Positions 1 to 23,847 of a DNA stretch of 64,000 bases are shown piece after piece. The notes under the pieces were generated by a model that did no database searches, had not been told where the DNA came from, and was given only the letters and a program-made list of their open reading frames with translations. Numbering within the stretch: the stretch's first letter is position 1; each line of letters starts with the position of its first letter. The translations under genes were made by a program, and so were the position numbers. The stretch is from the human T2T-CHM13v2.0 reference genome, Homo sapiens, in the NCBI RefSeq assembly GCF_009914755.1, contig NC_060932.1. One strand, given 5' to 3'.

Positions 1-832
1 GCCTCAGGGTTCTGTGTGGGTTTCGTTGAGTTTTTGCTTCCTTGGGCGTCATATTCTCCTCCTTGTCTCTTTTCCCCTCGATCCCTCCCACCTTCCCACC
101 TGGGAACACTTAGCCATGCCTACCACTCATAATTGCCCTCAATTTGGCATTCAATCCTCACATTAGGGACCCACCCCAGACTCAGCCACACCCAGACTCT
201 ACTTCAGCCTCAGTCTCAGTCAGTAGAAAAGCCTGGAAGGCAGAGCAGAGTAGCATCTCAGACGCACCCGTGGCCCCCGGTTCTAATACTGCTTTTACCT
301 TGTGATCTCTGCTGATTATTCTCCATCTCCTTACCCACATCCACTCTCTGTTCACCCTGCTCTGCACCCCAAGAAGCTGACTCCCGTGGAATGCAGGACC
401 TGTGCTCCATTATCAACAGACTGTGAACAGGGGTTGGCCATGGGAGGCACACAGGCAGGAGGTGGAAAGAGGGAGTAGAAAGAGTCAGGAACTTCCCTGC
501 TCCCCATGCGGCACCATCTCTGGCATCCCTCATAACCACAGCTCCTACCAGGCAGCACTTCTTCTGCAGTGCCTGTTCCTACTGGCTCTCCCTTTGGCCC
601 TTTAGCCCTAAGGGTGGCAACAGCTTTTCACTGTGTTAGTCTCCAGGTACATCACAATCGTGTCTGCTTCTTTAACCCTGTCCATAAAGTCTCTTCATTT
701 GAGCCATTTCCTAAGAGGAGCCCTACCAATACATGGTCAAGCCATCTTCTTCTTCTTCTACTCCTGGGTGCTTATCTTCATTCCTACCTAATACCATACT
801 TTGGTTTCTCTGGGGAGAGGTGTAATGAATAC

Positions 833-1245
833 TGTAGTGTGCCATCCAAATTGCATCTTGAGAGCTGCAGTACTTGCTCCTCAGTTGCTGAGAGTGTCCA
901 CAGGAGAGGCCCTCCTGAGAAATTTCCCTCGGCAGAAGAGATCTACCTTGCCCAGGGTCGCACCCCATGATCCATGATCCCATGATCTTGTGGCTGACTA
1001 GTGCAGGGAGGGGTGGAGTTTATAAAGGTGAAATCTCCTTGCCTCAGAGCAGGAAAATCCTGAAGGTCTTTTCCAGTTCCACAGATCCATGTGGGATTGG
1101 TGGAAGCCTTCACTGAGGCTGCACTGCTGTTCAAGTCCTCTGCCCAATCATTTTGCTTGCCCACCCTCCTGGGAACTGTTACTGAAGGCACAGCCAGTAA
1201 AATTCTGGCACATGTGGAGTTCTCTTCCCTGGGAACATGTCCTTA
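833..1245 (+). mobile_element. ERVL-class LTR (LTR33-like)
   Basis: Resembles recalled LTR33 motifs (catgtgggattgg..gaagcct..ctctgcccaatc). Confidence 0.4.
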
Positions 1246-2649
1246 GGCAATGAGTTCTTGACTAAAGACCAGGAAGTGGTCTCTCAACTATATGCTGCTA
1301 GTCTTTGAAGACAGGGCCTGCCAGACTAGACTCAATTTCCTTCTTCCATCTGGTCCTACCCTATGTTTGCCACTTAGCTGTCCAGGTATCCTACCTGTTC
1401 TCCACCCTTTGGAAATTCCATCCCATCTCCCTCACCTTACTCAGAGTCCAGCATCTCTGATCTGAACCATCTCATCGCCAACTAACATCCTTTCTTGCAA
1501 AATAATAAAGATTCTTCTCAGTTCACATGAGGTGCTGGGGATAGTGCTAGGTACTAGGGACATAGAAATGAGTAAGAAGTAGTTTCTGCCTTGGAGGAGC
1601 TCGAATCCCACATGTGCCAATTTACCAGCTGTAGACTTTGTTAAGGAGAATGAGAAGAGGTGGCTTGAAAAGTAAAAGGAGAAAGAAAATAATGCTCTGG
1701 AAGCCTCCTCAAGGAAGAGAGATCCACTGTGTCAAAAGGTGCTTGACAGGGCAAATAAGGACTGAGAATTGTCACTGGCTTTGGCCACATGGAAGTTACC
1801 AGAAACCTTGACAAGAGCTGTTTTAGTGCAGTGGTGATGCCAACTGCCTAATTGGAGTGGGTTCAAGAGAGCCAGGAGGTTGAGGAAGGAAGACTGAGTC
1901 CAGGGCACTCTGGAGTTTTGCTATAAAGGGAAGCAAAGAAATGAAGTAGCAGGTGACAAGAGGGATGCTTGTTCATTTAAGACAGATTTTGTAGCAAGTT
2001 TCTATGCTGGTGGAAATGATCAAATTTAGAGGAAAAACTGTGATGGTTCGGGGATACATTGCTGCAGCAAGAGGAGATCGAGATGTATTTGCTGCACAAG
2101 TGAAGAGGTTGCTCTTGGGAACATGGGTAGTGCACGTCTGAGAACAGAAGCAGGTAGGGTTATAGATTAGCATTTAGGGTGCTGGAAGTTCTCTTCTGAC
2201 TCCGTCTATTTAATATTTTCTTAGTGAAATAAAGAGATGGGTCATAAGCTCAGAATAGGAGGCTGAGGGAAGGCATTGGTGATTTGAAAAGAAAAGAGGT
2301 GCCTAATAGTCACCCAGGAGAATGGAGTAAAGATGAGTTGACTAGGAATTGTAAAATTGGTTTACTGGGAAGTTTCAACAAGATAGTAGATGAAAAGCAT
2401 TTAGTGCAATGGCCTGCACATAATTCGCCTGCAAAAAACATTAGTTATTATTAAATCAACCTGGTGATGATCATGCTGCCTGTAAACAAAGTGTTCTGAG
2501 AACAGAGAAGAAGCATCCACTTTAGGAAGAATTAGGAAACTATCCCCAGAGGCAGTGAATTAAGAGCTGGTCTTGAAAAGAGGGAGGAGGAAGATTACAA
2601 TTACTTAAAGAACACTATGTGCTAAACATACTACTGCCACTGAGAATGA

Positions 2650-2845
2650 GCGAGCCAGCGGCTTGTTTTTGTAAATAACGTGTTATTGGAACACAGTCAT
2701 GCCCATTAATTTACAGATTGTCTATAACCGTTTTCATGCTACAATGTCAGAGTTAAGTAGCTGCAATAGAGACTGTATGGTCGGCAAAGCCTAAAATATT
2801 TACCCTCTAGCCTTTTTACCAAAAAAAAAGTTTGCCAATCCCTGG
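2650..2845. mobile_element. MER58A-like hAT fossil
   Basis: ttttgtaaataa..ttattggaacacagtcatgcccatt..gcctaaaatatttac..aaagtttgcc motif. Confidence 0.7.
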
Positions 2846-3457
2846 ACATAGAATTAAATAAAGAGTGATTGTAGATCAAAGAAAATAAATAATATCATTA
2901 CAAAATTAATAAATTAGAAACAGCAAGGAAGAAGAGTCACAACTAGAAACTGAACTGCTGACTTAGAAGAATGCTAAGATAATCAACAGTGAATGCATCC
3001 GTGGGAGAAAAAAATTCCACAGATTCAAGGAATCAGAAAGAAAATAGAAAATATTGACAAATTCTTATTCTCCAATTCTCTAGATATTTAGAACAGATGA
3101 AGATGATCCCAAATAAGGATATTTGGTGTCCCTGAAGTAGAGAACTCAAAACTATGGAATAGAAAGAGTAAGTATTCAAAGATTTAATAAAAGAAAAATT
3201 TCCAAAAATGCAGAAAGAATGGACTCTACAGCCTTGAAAGAATACACCATGTTCCAGGACATCTTGAACTGGTACTACCTACAGTGAATCATACTTTAAT
3301 TCAGTTTCAAAAATCAAGAAAATCTTGAGGCATCCCCACAGAAACAGCCAATAATCTACAAGGGATAAAACATGGTGAGGAATCAGATTTCTCCATGGTA
3401 ACAATTAATACCAGAAGACAACGGAAAACATCCATATAGGTCTGAAGGGAAGAAAAA

Positions 3458-3667
<210 letters not shown>

Positions 3668-5214
3668 TGAGAAGAGCTTTTAAAAATTACCCCAGTTCAA
3701 GAGGCCACCCCAAACCAATTAGATCAGAATCTGTGGGGGTGGAACCTGGACAATGGTAATTCGCAGATGTTTGCCAGGTGATTCTGAGTACAGGCGATTC
3801 TCAAGCAGGTCTACGGAAAGTGTGGTCTGTGGACAGGCAGCGTCAGCATCACCTGGGAGTCTGTGAGAAATGCAAGTTCTCAGGCCCCACTCCAGACCTA
3901 CAAGAGTCTGGATTTTAACAAGCTCTCCAGGAGATCTGGAGGCATGCTTCAGTTTCAAAAGCCTTACAGAGGAATCTTTAAGGAAAGAAGACCTAGATCT
4001 AAGTTTGGAGATAAATCTAAAAATTGATCTAAATATGAATTTATAATATATAATTTTAAAAGTAATAATATTTGAATTTAAGCAATGTCACATTTTTACT
4101 GAAGTTTTTCTTATAGCAGAGTAAAAATTAAGTTGAATAACTTTAAGTATAGCATACGTAGAATCATCCAATTTTAAATGGCATCTGATGTTATTTATGA
4201 GTGATGAGATTTGAGGTGCTTTTTAGACTTCTTTTTTGTACCATTCCACATTGCTGAAATTCCTAAAAATATCCATTATTTTTCAAAATTACTAAAGTGA
4301 TTTTTCTCATTAAAAAAACCCTCTATATGTTAATCTGATGAGGATGATCATGATCTGTAATTCACACCAACCAAATTCACAGAGACTGTGAAGCAGAATA
4401 GCAATTCATTAATTAACATACTCATTCCCAGATCTAAAACATGTCATGAAGAGAAGGCATCTGATTTTTAGTGGACATACGTACTCGAGTCTAAATTACA
4501 CACTAGAAGGCTGCTTGGTAAGCAGAAAATTACAGAAAAGGAAGTGAGCTGTCTTAGGAAATTTCTTTGAAACTATCACTACTAATGATTTGTCCTTCAC
4601 CAAAGTAATTATTCTTTGTAAAGAATTGTTTTCTCAGCCTACGATCAGGAGTCCATCTTCCCATCCTAAATATTTATCATAAGGTACAGTTTCCCAAGGT
4701 TATGATTGATATTGCTTACACTGGAGGAATTTCTAAACCACAAATGCAGAAGAGTCATTGTATTCCATCCCAAGGATGAACATCCATGGCATCTGCAATA
4801 TCAGAAGTTGGCATCTCATGCTTATCTCTAAATCTTGAGTTTATCTTACTTGAGGGTGATTCGAGCTTTCTGTGAATAAAATATACACTGGTTTTTCTTA
4901 AAATTTCATGAGAAACGAAAAGAGTAAATGTGAGGTAAGGAAGTAGAGCCTGTGGTTAAAAAAAAAATTAATGAAAAACATAAATCCAATCCCAAGGCTA
5001 AAAAGGTGATTTATTATTAATGTCAGCACATCCTGTTTATTAAAAAGAAATAAACATTCCACTCCTTTCTTGAATTGGCTTCAGTTAACTCTTTCCTAGG
5101 GAAGACTGGGGCAGGGAGCAGACATAATTATTCATGTATATGGTCCCTGCTTTCCATTCTACCAGTGTAAATGCTCCATGATGTGTTCATGTCAGGAACT
5201 CAGCTCAATCTTGA

Positions 5215-5487
<273 letters not shown>

Positions 5488-5511
5488 TGAGAGATATTTT
5501 TGTCTGTGGAA

Positions 5512-5972
5512 ATGAAACCAACCCAATGTTCCCATAGGTAATTTTATTTTGGATAAAAATGGAAATTGATCCTTCTAGTCTTAAAACTTGAAACTTACAT
5601 TTGTTTTATGTGAATTCCTTCCTCAGGGAAGGACCTTCAAGCATCTCAAAACAGAAAGTATCAAAGAACTGAAACTCATCAGATCACCACATCCAGACAG
5701 TGAGGCTGGACCACTAATTCATCATGATTGATTCCATGCTCCTCCCTAGTTCCTAGTTTCTGTTTTCTTGCATATTGTTACATTTCTTCCCTGCTATATA
5801 CACCTCTAGTTTTAGTAGTTCAGGGAGATGGATTTGAGACTGAACTCCCATCTCTTTGGCTGTAGCACCCTATTAAAAGACTTCCTCCTCCGTGATAATC
5901 CTTGTCTCAGTGATTGGCTTTCTGTGTGGCGAGTAGCAGGATCTAGACTGAACCCCTGGATTTTCAGTATCA
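5512..5972 (+). mobile_element. ERV1-class solo LTR
   Basis: TG..CA ends, TATA-like ctatata and attaaa signal, typical U3-R-U5 layout. Confidence 0.6.
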
Positions 5973-6594
5973 GAAGTACTATCTTGCCCTAAAGTTTAAG
6001 TGATTAAACCATTATTACATGTATCAGCTAGGTTTAAGGTTTTAAGAATAATTGTTCCATGGAGTTTATTATATCCGCTTTGAATCCTAGTAGATTGAAA
6101 TCCTAGTTCTCCCACTTTCTTGCTAGAGACCTAGTGTAAAACAGAGACTCCAAATTTATCTTATTTATGAAGCAGAAATAATATCACCTACTTATTTTTT
6201 AGAGTTTTCATAAGATTTATAAATAATATTAAATGTTCAGAGTACATAGTAGGAGTTCAATATTAAATCCATCTGATAATCAAAGGTGTTTAGGAGTGTT
6301 CATCCAAAAAATAGTTAAAATTTTCTTTGAAAATTTTCTCCTGCTTCCGATTTCTTAAATCATTGACCATACTTGGAAGAGGTGATCAGAAAATAGAAAC
6401 ATAAATCTAAATCATTCTTAACCAAAATTCAGACATAAGCAGAAACATGTCCATTTAAGTGTAGTTAATTATTCTCCTAGGATCTAATGTATCATAATGC
6501 TTACAAACACATATGTATTAATAGCATTATGTATGAATTAATATAAAGCATGCAAGGACATAGAATATGCTCATTCTCCTGTATCTGTGATAGC

Positions 6595-6710
6595 TGCTGC
6601 TGCTTCTCCTTCTCCTTCCTCCTTCTTCTTCCCCCTCCCCCTCCTTCTTCTCCTCCTTTCTTCCTCTTCTGTCTTCTGTGTCTTCTGTCTTCTTCCTATT
6701 TCCTCTCATC
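6595..6710. repeat. CT-rich low-complexity tract
   Basis: Seen directly. Confidence 0.85.
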
Positions 6711-8378
6711 CCTCATGAACTTGGACTCTTTCTCTCTGTACATTTTTATCATGGAAAACTCAGTCTTTGCTGTGCAAATGTTTCTCAGAGTTCCAACTCT
6801 AGTCAATGTCTTTTTTCCATAACTACAGAGCTGCTTTTCAAATACCTGCTTGGCATCTCTATGTGGACATCCTGACGGCACCTTAAACCGAATATGTCTG
6901 AAGTTGCATTTATGATCTTATTCCCCTGCAAATTAGCATATCCTTCTGATATGCTTATCTCTAAGATTGGAAACCTGAGCTAGTTTTGATTCTTCCTTTC
7001 TTGATATTCTATAGCTAAACAATTGATCTTAAGTCCTCTCCCTTGATATCCTAATTATCCAGTCCCTCCTTCCCATTCCTGCTTCCCAATGGTTTCCCAA
7101 CCTTCAGTGTCCCCCTGTTACCGTCTAGCCTACAAATGATACTTAGATGAACCTTCATCCTTAATCACCGAAGCAATAACTTACTTGCATTCTCAAAATC
7201 TCCCACTGGGAAACATTAAATATAAACTCATGCTTGGCATCTGAGGCTCTCTACCACAGATGATCAAGTTATCTTTTGGGACCTATTGCCCTCTATTCCT
7301 TTGTCCCTGAGGTTGTGCATGAATGGCCCCAAAAAGCCAGATCTAGCTTGCAGATATAATTTTCTTTGGGAAACACAATGGCTTTATAAATTTTGAATTA
7401 GCTGCTTATTTCAAATTAGTTGTTAACATTTATACATTGGAAGGTTTTTTCATGTAGAAATCCAGATTCTGGCTTCTGGATCCCAACATGAAAAGTTGGG
7501 ATGTCTGGCAGCTTTGAACCTGCATGGCACAAAGGGCTGAGGCTAGGCAGCCAGAGCCCTTTGAAAGGGAGAAACAGGCCCCAGTTCACTACAGCCTTCA
7601 CCTGACTGGTGTCACTCAATCTGGTGCTGGCTTGGTGCCTTCATGCACGTGGATTTATGACACTTGCTCTAGAATACCTAGTGCTCAGCCAAGTGCGACA
7701 TTCCCAAATGCATAGTGTCTTTACTTCTGTTTCCCCCTCTTTCTGAAAATGCCCTCTCCTTCCTTCTTTCCTGTCTTTACGGCCCATTTCTAACACCATA
7801 TCTTCCTTGAAGCTTTCTGTGAGCACCCCGCTGGATGTGACTGCCCGTTTGTAAACGTCTGTAACACTCTGTGGCTTTCTTATGGCCCAGAGCCCACCCT
7901 CCTTGGCATCACAGTCATATCCTTGCTTTCTCCCTGTTTCTCAGGAAGAGATAGAGATGTACACTTTTCCCCACTCCTCAGGCTTTTTCAAAAAGGGGTT
8001 TTCCTCTTGACCTAGACTTTCTTTCTCCTCTCCATAGAGATGAAGAGCATCTGTCCCCACCTCCCTTTCTCCTCAGGGACCTGCCTGTCTACACAGTGAA
8101 GAGGCCTTGTTATGCTTGGCAGTAAAGGCGCTGATGTGCAGGTGAGACTGAGGGTGTTCACACTACCTGTGCGTGTCCATCTGCCCGATTCTGAAGGACA
8201 GTAATGGGAAGCCCCTTATTGCTACACATCTAAGACAGGGCTTCCTATCCTGCGTTGATCAGCAAACCAAGCTAAATTTTCATTGTCATCTGCCTGAATA
8301 CTTATCTAGCAACTGTTTCCAAACTCAAGCAGGGAAAAAAGAAATTTTTATGACCTCAACAATAAGACCTCACTTTTT

Positions 8379-14601
<6,223 letters not shown>

Positions 14602-14849
14602 AAGACCTCTCTTTTTCTTCAATCTTCCCCAGCAGCTAGCCAAGGTCATTGCACAAAATAGACACTCAAGAGTATCAAATTGAATCAAAACACACAATCA
14701 ATGTACATAAAATTCATGGAATAAAATTTATCTTATGCTTATTTTCCCATAAACCATAATTTATAGTCCTTCAACATAAATAAGGAAAAAATATAATTTA
14801 TCTCTGTAATGTTAACAAAATACAAATGACTCATCTATAATGTAAAATA

Positions 14850-14855
14850 TTTATT
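14850..14855 (-). terminator. Poly(A) signal AATAAA of C8orf89
   Basis: tttatt on the + strand about 110 nt downstream of the stop codon, in an AT-rich 3'UTR. Confidence 0.6.
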
Positions 14856-14966
14856 TCTTATTTACATTTCCATTTTTATATAAATCATTTTGCATCATAT
14901 CATATAAAAAAAGAAAATATAAAGCTTAAAAGTCACTGAAGAAAGCATCACACTGTACGACATTTT

Positions 14967-15152
<186 letters not shown>

Positions 15153-15237
15153 TTAAGCACACATGAATAATATTCTATTAAATATAATGTGACTGAAATA
15201 TTTCTTCCACAAATGACTATTACACACTACTAGTTCT

Positions 15238-16972
<1,735 letters not shown>

Positions 16973-17029
16973 ACACGACTAGTTTTTGATATAACACATA
17001 TTTTGAATTAAAAATGCCATGTTTACTTT

Positions 17030-17335
<306 letters not shown>

Positions 17336-17421
17336 GTTTTAATGCTACTTTATAAAATGACTATGTGCCTCAAAAAATATTTATCTAAAAAACCTTTAAT
17401 GCTTGTATTTAATTATATAAA

Positions 17422-17484
17422 ATTACATTGGTGCAAAAGTAATTGCAGTTCTAAAAACCGCAATTACTTTTGCACCAACTTAAT
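17422..17484. mobile_element. MADE1 (Hsmar1-derived MITE), centre deleted
   Basis: TTGGTGCAAAAGTAATTGC..GCAATTACTTTTGCACCAA inverted repeat. Confidence 0.9.
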
Positions 17485-18289
17485 CTGATTTTGTACAATA
17501 CTTTTTAAAACATGGGACAACTGTGAGATTTATTTCAAAGTAAAAGGCATAATCTCCATAAATAATTAACTCATTTCATATTTTACATGCCTATCAAGTT
17601 ATTTTCTTCAAATAAAAACATTTCTCATAAATGCTAAGTGAAGTAAAATTGTAAAGTAAAATAAAATCGTTCACTTAACTGAAATAGCGTTAATCAAACT
17701 TCTATCATAGGGTGGTAGTAATAACAACAGATAGCATTTGTTGAATGATCTTTGTCAAGTACTTTACATCTATTTTATCCATACAACAACACTATGAAAT
17801 AGTCATCTGTACTATCTCGAGTTACAGATTTTAAAAAGACAATTTAGGGATGCTAAATAACTTGCCTGAGTGCATATACTTAGTAACTATCAGAGTTAGG
17901 ATTTGAATCCAGATTCATCAAAGTTCCAATCACTACGTATTACCCCTAAATACATGTAGAAATATTTTAGGGTATAAACCTCTCTATATACAATATACAA
18001 ATATGTAGAAATATTTCTATTTAAAAACATATATGCAGCCTTGAAAATACTGACCTATATTGCTTTAAAATATTATTATTTAACTTCAGTTTCAAGTGTC
18101 AAAAAAAAGCACTATCTTCAATTCTCCAGTGTAGTTGTTATTTTTCTGTTTGTTTTGTTTTGTTTGCAGGGGTAATATGAGTGAGAAGTTCAGAGAGAAA
18201 CAGGTGAGAGTTAAGAATATGATCAGGACTTCTGTTCTTAGCAGTACAATGGACTTGACACTTTAAAAGACCCTCTGGCAGCAAAATAA

Positions 18290-19720
18290 CTAGATTCCAG
18301 GCATTAGGCAAACCTGAAAAAACTTCAAAGAATCGGTATCATACACACAAATGCAATTAAGTTGGAAGTTGTTAATAATAAGATAAATTTAAAATTCTGA
18401 AATATTTAGAAATTTGTACACATGTATTAGTCCATTTTTATGCTGCTGATAAGGACATAACTGAAACTGGGTAATTTTTAAAGAAAAAGAGGTTTAATGG
18501 ACTCACAGTTCCACATGGCTGGGGAGGCCTCACAATCACACCAGAAGGCAAAAGCCATGTCTTACATGGAGGCAGATAAGAGAGAATGAGAACCAAGCAA
18601 AAGGGGTTTCCTCTTATAAAACCATCAGATCTCGTGAGACTTACTCACTACCATGAGAATGGTATGGGGCAACCGCCCCCATGATTCAATCATCTCCCAC
18701 TGAGTCCATCCCACAACACATGGGAACTATGGGAACTACAATTCAAGATGAGATTTCAATGGGGACACAGTCAAACCATATAAACACATTTTCTAAATTA
18801 TCAGTCAAAAAACAAATCATAATAAACATACAAATATTTGTTGCTAAATGATAAATATCACAAAAGTTGTGTAATGGAGCAAAAGTTGTATATAGAGAGG
18901 TTTATACCCTAAAATGTCTATGTTAGAAAAGAAGGTTGAAAATTTAAAACATAGGTATTAGATACACAGTAGGAAAAGAGTAAACCCAAAGAACATGGAG
19001 GAAAAAGATAATATAGGAAAGGGGAGAAATCAATGAAGTAGAAAACCAAGTTACAATAAAAGGGATTTTTTAAAAAGACAAAAGCTCTTCATTGAAAAAA
19101 CTAATAAAAAAGGAAAGCCTCTGGTGACATTACTCAAGAAAATAAAAGAAGGCACAAATATATAATATTGGGAAAAGAGGAACAGAATTACAGATAAAGC
19201 AAAGACTAAACTTTATGCTAATAAATTTTTAAAACTTAGACAAAATGCAAGTTTCTAGAAAATATAACTTACCAAAACTGATTGAAAAATTAGAATACCT
19301 TAAGAGCCCTAAATTCAAAATGATTGAGCCAATATTAAAAGATTCTCCCAAAGAAAACAAGTAACCCAAATGAATTTTATAAATGAATTTCCTCAAACTT
19401 TCGAGAGAAAAATCATTCCAATTTTAGGTCGTATCCTTCAGAGAACAGAAAGAGAAAGAATAGTCCCCAATTCATTCCACAAGGCCATTATAATGTGGAC
19501 ACTGAATCCAGACAAGGACAGAACAAAAAAGAAAATTCATGGCAATCTCACTACACTTACCAGCATAGGTAAAAAATGCCAAATGAGATATTAGCAAATT
19601 AAATGTGGCAGAATATAAACAAATAATAAATCATTTCTAAATTGGGTGTATTTCAGGAATGCAAGAGTGACTTAACATTACAAAATCTGTAAATGTTATT
19701 CTTCACATCAAAATAAGTAA
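18290..19720 (+). mobile_element. Degraded old L1 (L1M) ORF2 fragment, interrupted by a THE1/MST LTR at ~18423-18785
   Basis: A-rich decayed ORF2-like translation (19370-19594). LTR starts tgtattagtccatttt..gctgataa. Confidence 0.65.
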
Positions 19721-19874
19721 TAATAAGTATTTACTGAAGACTTACTTTGTTGCAGAAACTAGTGTAGGCACTGTAGGGATATGAAGGTGAGTGAATAAGA
19801 CACAGAAGTCATAATGTTAGAAAAGAGGCTGGCAAATGTTCATTTGGGCCGAGATTCAAAGCAATGTCTTTTGG

Positions 19875-20185
19875 GTTTTTTGTTTGTTTGTTTGTTTGCT
19901 TGTTTGAGACAGAGTCTCGCTCTGTCGCCCAGGCTAGAGTGCAGTGGCACAATCTTGGCTCACTGCAACCTCCGCCTCCCAGGTTCAAGCAATTCTCCTG
20001 CCTCAGCTCCCTGAGTAGCTGAGATTACAGGCGCACACCACAATTCCCGGCTAATTTTTGTATTTTTAGTAGAGACGGAGTCTCATCATGTTGGCCAGGC
20101 TGGTCTCAAACTCCTGACCTCATGATCTGCTCACCTCGGCCTCCCAAAGCGTTAGGATTACAGGCGTGAGCCACCGCACCCAGCC
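19875..20185 (-). mobile_element. Alu (S-type) with (GTTT)n tail
   Basis: TSD AGCAATGTCTTTT. Confidence 0.92.
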
Positions 20186-20549
20186 AGCAATGTCTTTTGT
20201 TCTAATTAACATTTATATTTTTATTTTACACTGTCTGTTGATTACAGAAATTGTTTTAGTATATGAAATTAAGAGAGAGAAAACATCCAAGGAAAAGTTC
20301 ATGAACATTTAAACTTATAAACTTCCATAGACTGAGCTTGCAGAGCTGCTAACAAGTCAATTCTGACAGCTACCAATAATGTCAATAGAAGCATTACTTA
20401 GTAATTTTAGTTTTGGTTGGTTGTTTGGAGGTGTTCAGTTAACTCCATTATTCCATAAGCCAAAGTCATGTAAGTATGAGTGTATTAGAGGAAGACAAGT
20501 ATGATTATGATAAAAATTTAAAATAAGGTTTTAAAAATCTTTAACTTTC

Positions 20550-23095
20550 TTTTTAACTTTTATTTTAAGTTCAGGGGTACATGTGTAGGTTTGTTACATA
20601 GGTAAACTTGTGTCACAGGGATTTGTTGTATAGATTATTTCTTCACCTGAGTACTAAGCCTAGTACCCATTAGTTATTTTTCCTGATCCTTTCCCACCTC
20701 CCACCCTCCACACCCTCCTGCATTAGTTTGCTAAGGATAATGGCCTCCAGCTCCATCCATGTTCCTGCAAAGGACATGATCTTGTTCTTTTTTATGGCTG
20801 CATAGTATTCCATGGTATATGTGTACCACATTTTCCTTATCCAGTCTACCATTGATGGGCATTTAGGTTGAGTCCATGTCTTTGCTATTGTGAATAGTGC
20901 TGCAGTGAACATATGCATGGATGTGTCTTTATTACAGAAGGATTTATAGTCCTTTGGGTACATACCCAGTAATGGGATTTCTGGGTCAAATGGCATTTCT
21001 GTTTTTAGGTCTTTGAGGAATCACCACACTGTTTCCTACAATGATTGAACTAATTTACATTCCCACCAATAGTGTATAAGTGTTCCTTTTTCTTTGTAAC
21101 CTCTCCAGCATCTGTTATTTTTTTACTTTTTGATAGTAGCCATTCTGACTCATGTGAGATGGTATCTCATTGAGGTTTTGATTTGCATTTCTCTAATGAT
21201 AAGTGATGTTGAGCTTTTTTTTCATATGCTTGTTTGGCTGCATGTATGTCTTCTTTTGAAAAGTGTCTGTTCATGTCCTTTGTCCACTTTTTAATGAGGT
21301 TATTTTTTTCTTGTAAATTGTTTAAATTCCTTATAGATGCTGGATATTAGACCTTTGTCAGATGCAGAGTTTGCAAAATTTTTCTTCCATTCTGTAGGTT
21401 GTCTGTTTACTCTGTTGATAGTTTATTTTGCTATGCAGAAGCACTTTCGTTTAATTAGATCCCATTTGTCAATTTTTGCTTTTGCGGCATTGCTTTTGGC
21501 ATCTTCATCATGAAATCTTTGCCTGTTCCTATGTCTAGAATGGTATTGCCTAGGTTGTCTTCCAATGTTTTTATAGTTTTGGGTTTTACATTTAAGTCTT
21601 TAATCTATCTTGAGTTGATTTTTGTATATGGTGTAAGAAAGGGGTCCAGTTTTAATCTTCTGCATATGGCTAGCCAGTTAGCCCAGCATCATTTATTGAA
21701 TAGGGAGAACTTTCCCCATTGCTTGTTTTTGTCAGCTTTGTTGAAAATCAGATAGTTGTAGGTGTGTGGCCTTATTTCTGATCTCTCTATTGTGTTCCAT
21801 TGATCTATGTGTCTGTTTTTGTACCAGTACCATGCTGTTTTGGTTACCATAGCCCTGTACCACGGTTTGAAGTCAGGTTGTGTGATACCTCCAGCTTTGT
21901 TCTTTTTGCTTAGGATTGCCTTGGCTATTTTGGCTCTTTTTTGGTTCCATATGAATTTTAAAATAGTTTTTTCTAGTTCTATGAAGAATGTCATTGGTAG
22001 TTTAATAGGAATCACATTGAATCTATAAATTGCTTTGGGTAGTATAGTTATTTTAACTATATTGAGTCTTCCTATCCATGAACATGGAATGTTTTTCTAC
22101 TTGTTTGTGTCATCTCTGATTTATTTGAGCAGTGTTTTGTAGTTCTCCTTGCAGAGATCTTTCACCTCCCTGGTTAGCTGTATTCCTAGGTATATTATTC
22201 TTTTTGTGCCAATTGTAAATGGGATTGTGTTCCTGATTTGGCTCTTGGCTTGACTGTTGTTGGTGTATAGGAATGCTATCAATTTTTGCACGTTGATTTT
22301 GTATCTTGAAATTTTGCTGAAGTTGTTTATCAGCTTAAGGAGCTTTTGGGCCAAGACTATGGGGTTTTCTGGATATAGGATCATGTCATCTACAAACAGT
22401 GATAGGTTCACTTTCTCTCTTCCTATTGGAATGCACTTTATTTCTCTCTCTTGCCTGATTGCTCTGGTCAGAACTTCCAATACTGTGTTGAATAAGGGTG
22501 GTGAGTGTCTTGTGCTGGTTTTCAGGTTTTTAAGCTTTTGCCCATTCAATATGATGTTGGCTGTGGGTTTGTCATAGATGGCTTTTATTATTTTATGGTA
22601 TGTCCTTCAATACCTAGTTTGTTGAGAGTTTTTAATAGGAAAGGTGTTGAATTTTATCAAAAGTCTTTTCTGCATCTGTTGAGATAATCATGTGGTTTTT
22701 GTCTTTAGCTCTGTTTATGTAATGAATTGCCTTATTGATTTGGGTATGTTGAACCAACCTTGCACTGCAGGGATAAAGCCTACTTAATTGTGGTGGATTA
22801 GCTTTTTGGTATACTGCTGGATTCAGCTTGCCAGTATTTTGTTGAGGATTTTTACATCAATGTTCATCAGGGATATTGACCTGTGGTTTTCTTTTTTTGT
22901 TGTATCTCTGCATATTTCGGTATCAGGATGATGCTTGTCTCATAGAATGAGTTACAGAGGAATACCTCATCCTCAAATTTTTAGATAGTTTCAGTGTGAA
23001 TGGTACCAGCTCTTTTTGTACATCTGGTAGAATTCAGCTGTGAATCTGTCTAGTCCTGGGCTTTTCTTTGATGGTAGGCTATTTGTACTGATTCA
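20550..23095 (-). mobile_element. 5'-truncated older L1PA (about L1PA8-13) in intron 3
   Basis: ORF2 C-terminal fragments (22121-22549, 21689-22015, 20670-20996). 3'UTR with an internal deletion near 20715. Confidence 0.9.
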
Positions 23096-23688
23096 ATAAA
23101 AAAACTTAAGCTTTTAATGAAATAATTGTTGCACATAGGAAAGGATGAATCATTTGATAGACTGAAGGACAAATGGCAAATAAAATATACCTTAGTACCA
23201 TAAACTCTTTTAGTCACCATGAACTTAGGAGTAACTTGACTTAAAAGTAGTTTTTTGGGACCAAAACTATTGGTATATAGATAAGTTTCTGTATTAGATG
23301 TCATAAGTACACAGGATTCACAAAAATAGCAATTAGAAGATAAAGCTAGAAAGGAAAGCTGAGGGAAGATGGCAAGGGATTCAACATCAAGCTAAAGAGT
23401 TTATACTCAGTCTGTGGGTAACGAGGGAGTCATTCTGTTTGAAGAAGAGACTAATGTGATTAGAAGTCAAAGTTTTAGGCTTTTTTTGTGGTATTGAAGG
23501 ATTTCAAAGATCAGACATTCAAAACAAGAAGACCAGTTTGCAGGCACTAAATGGCCCAAGTGAGATATGATGAGGGCCTACCCTTGAGTCCTGAAATTAT
23601 AAAAGTATGTTTATAATGAACCCAACATCCACTTAGTTTATAAAATAAACAAAGCTTAAAAGAAGTAGTAACAAAACAAAGATAATTA

Positions 23689-23847
<159 letters not shown>

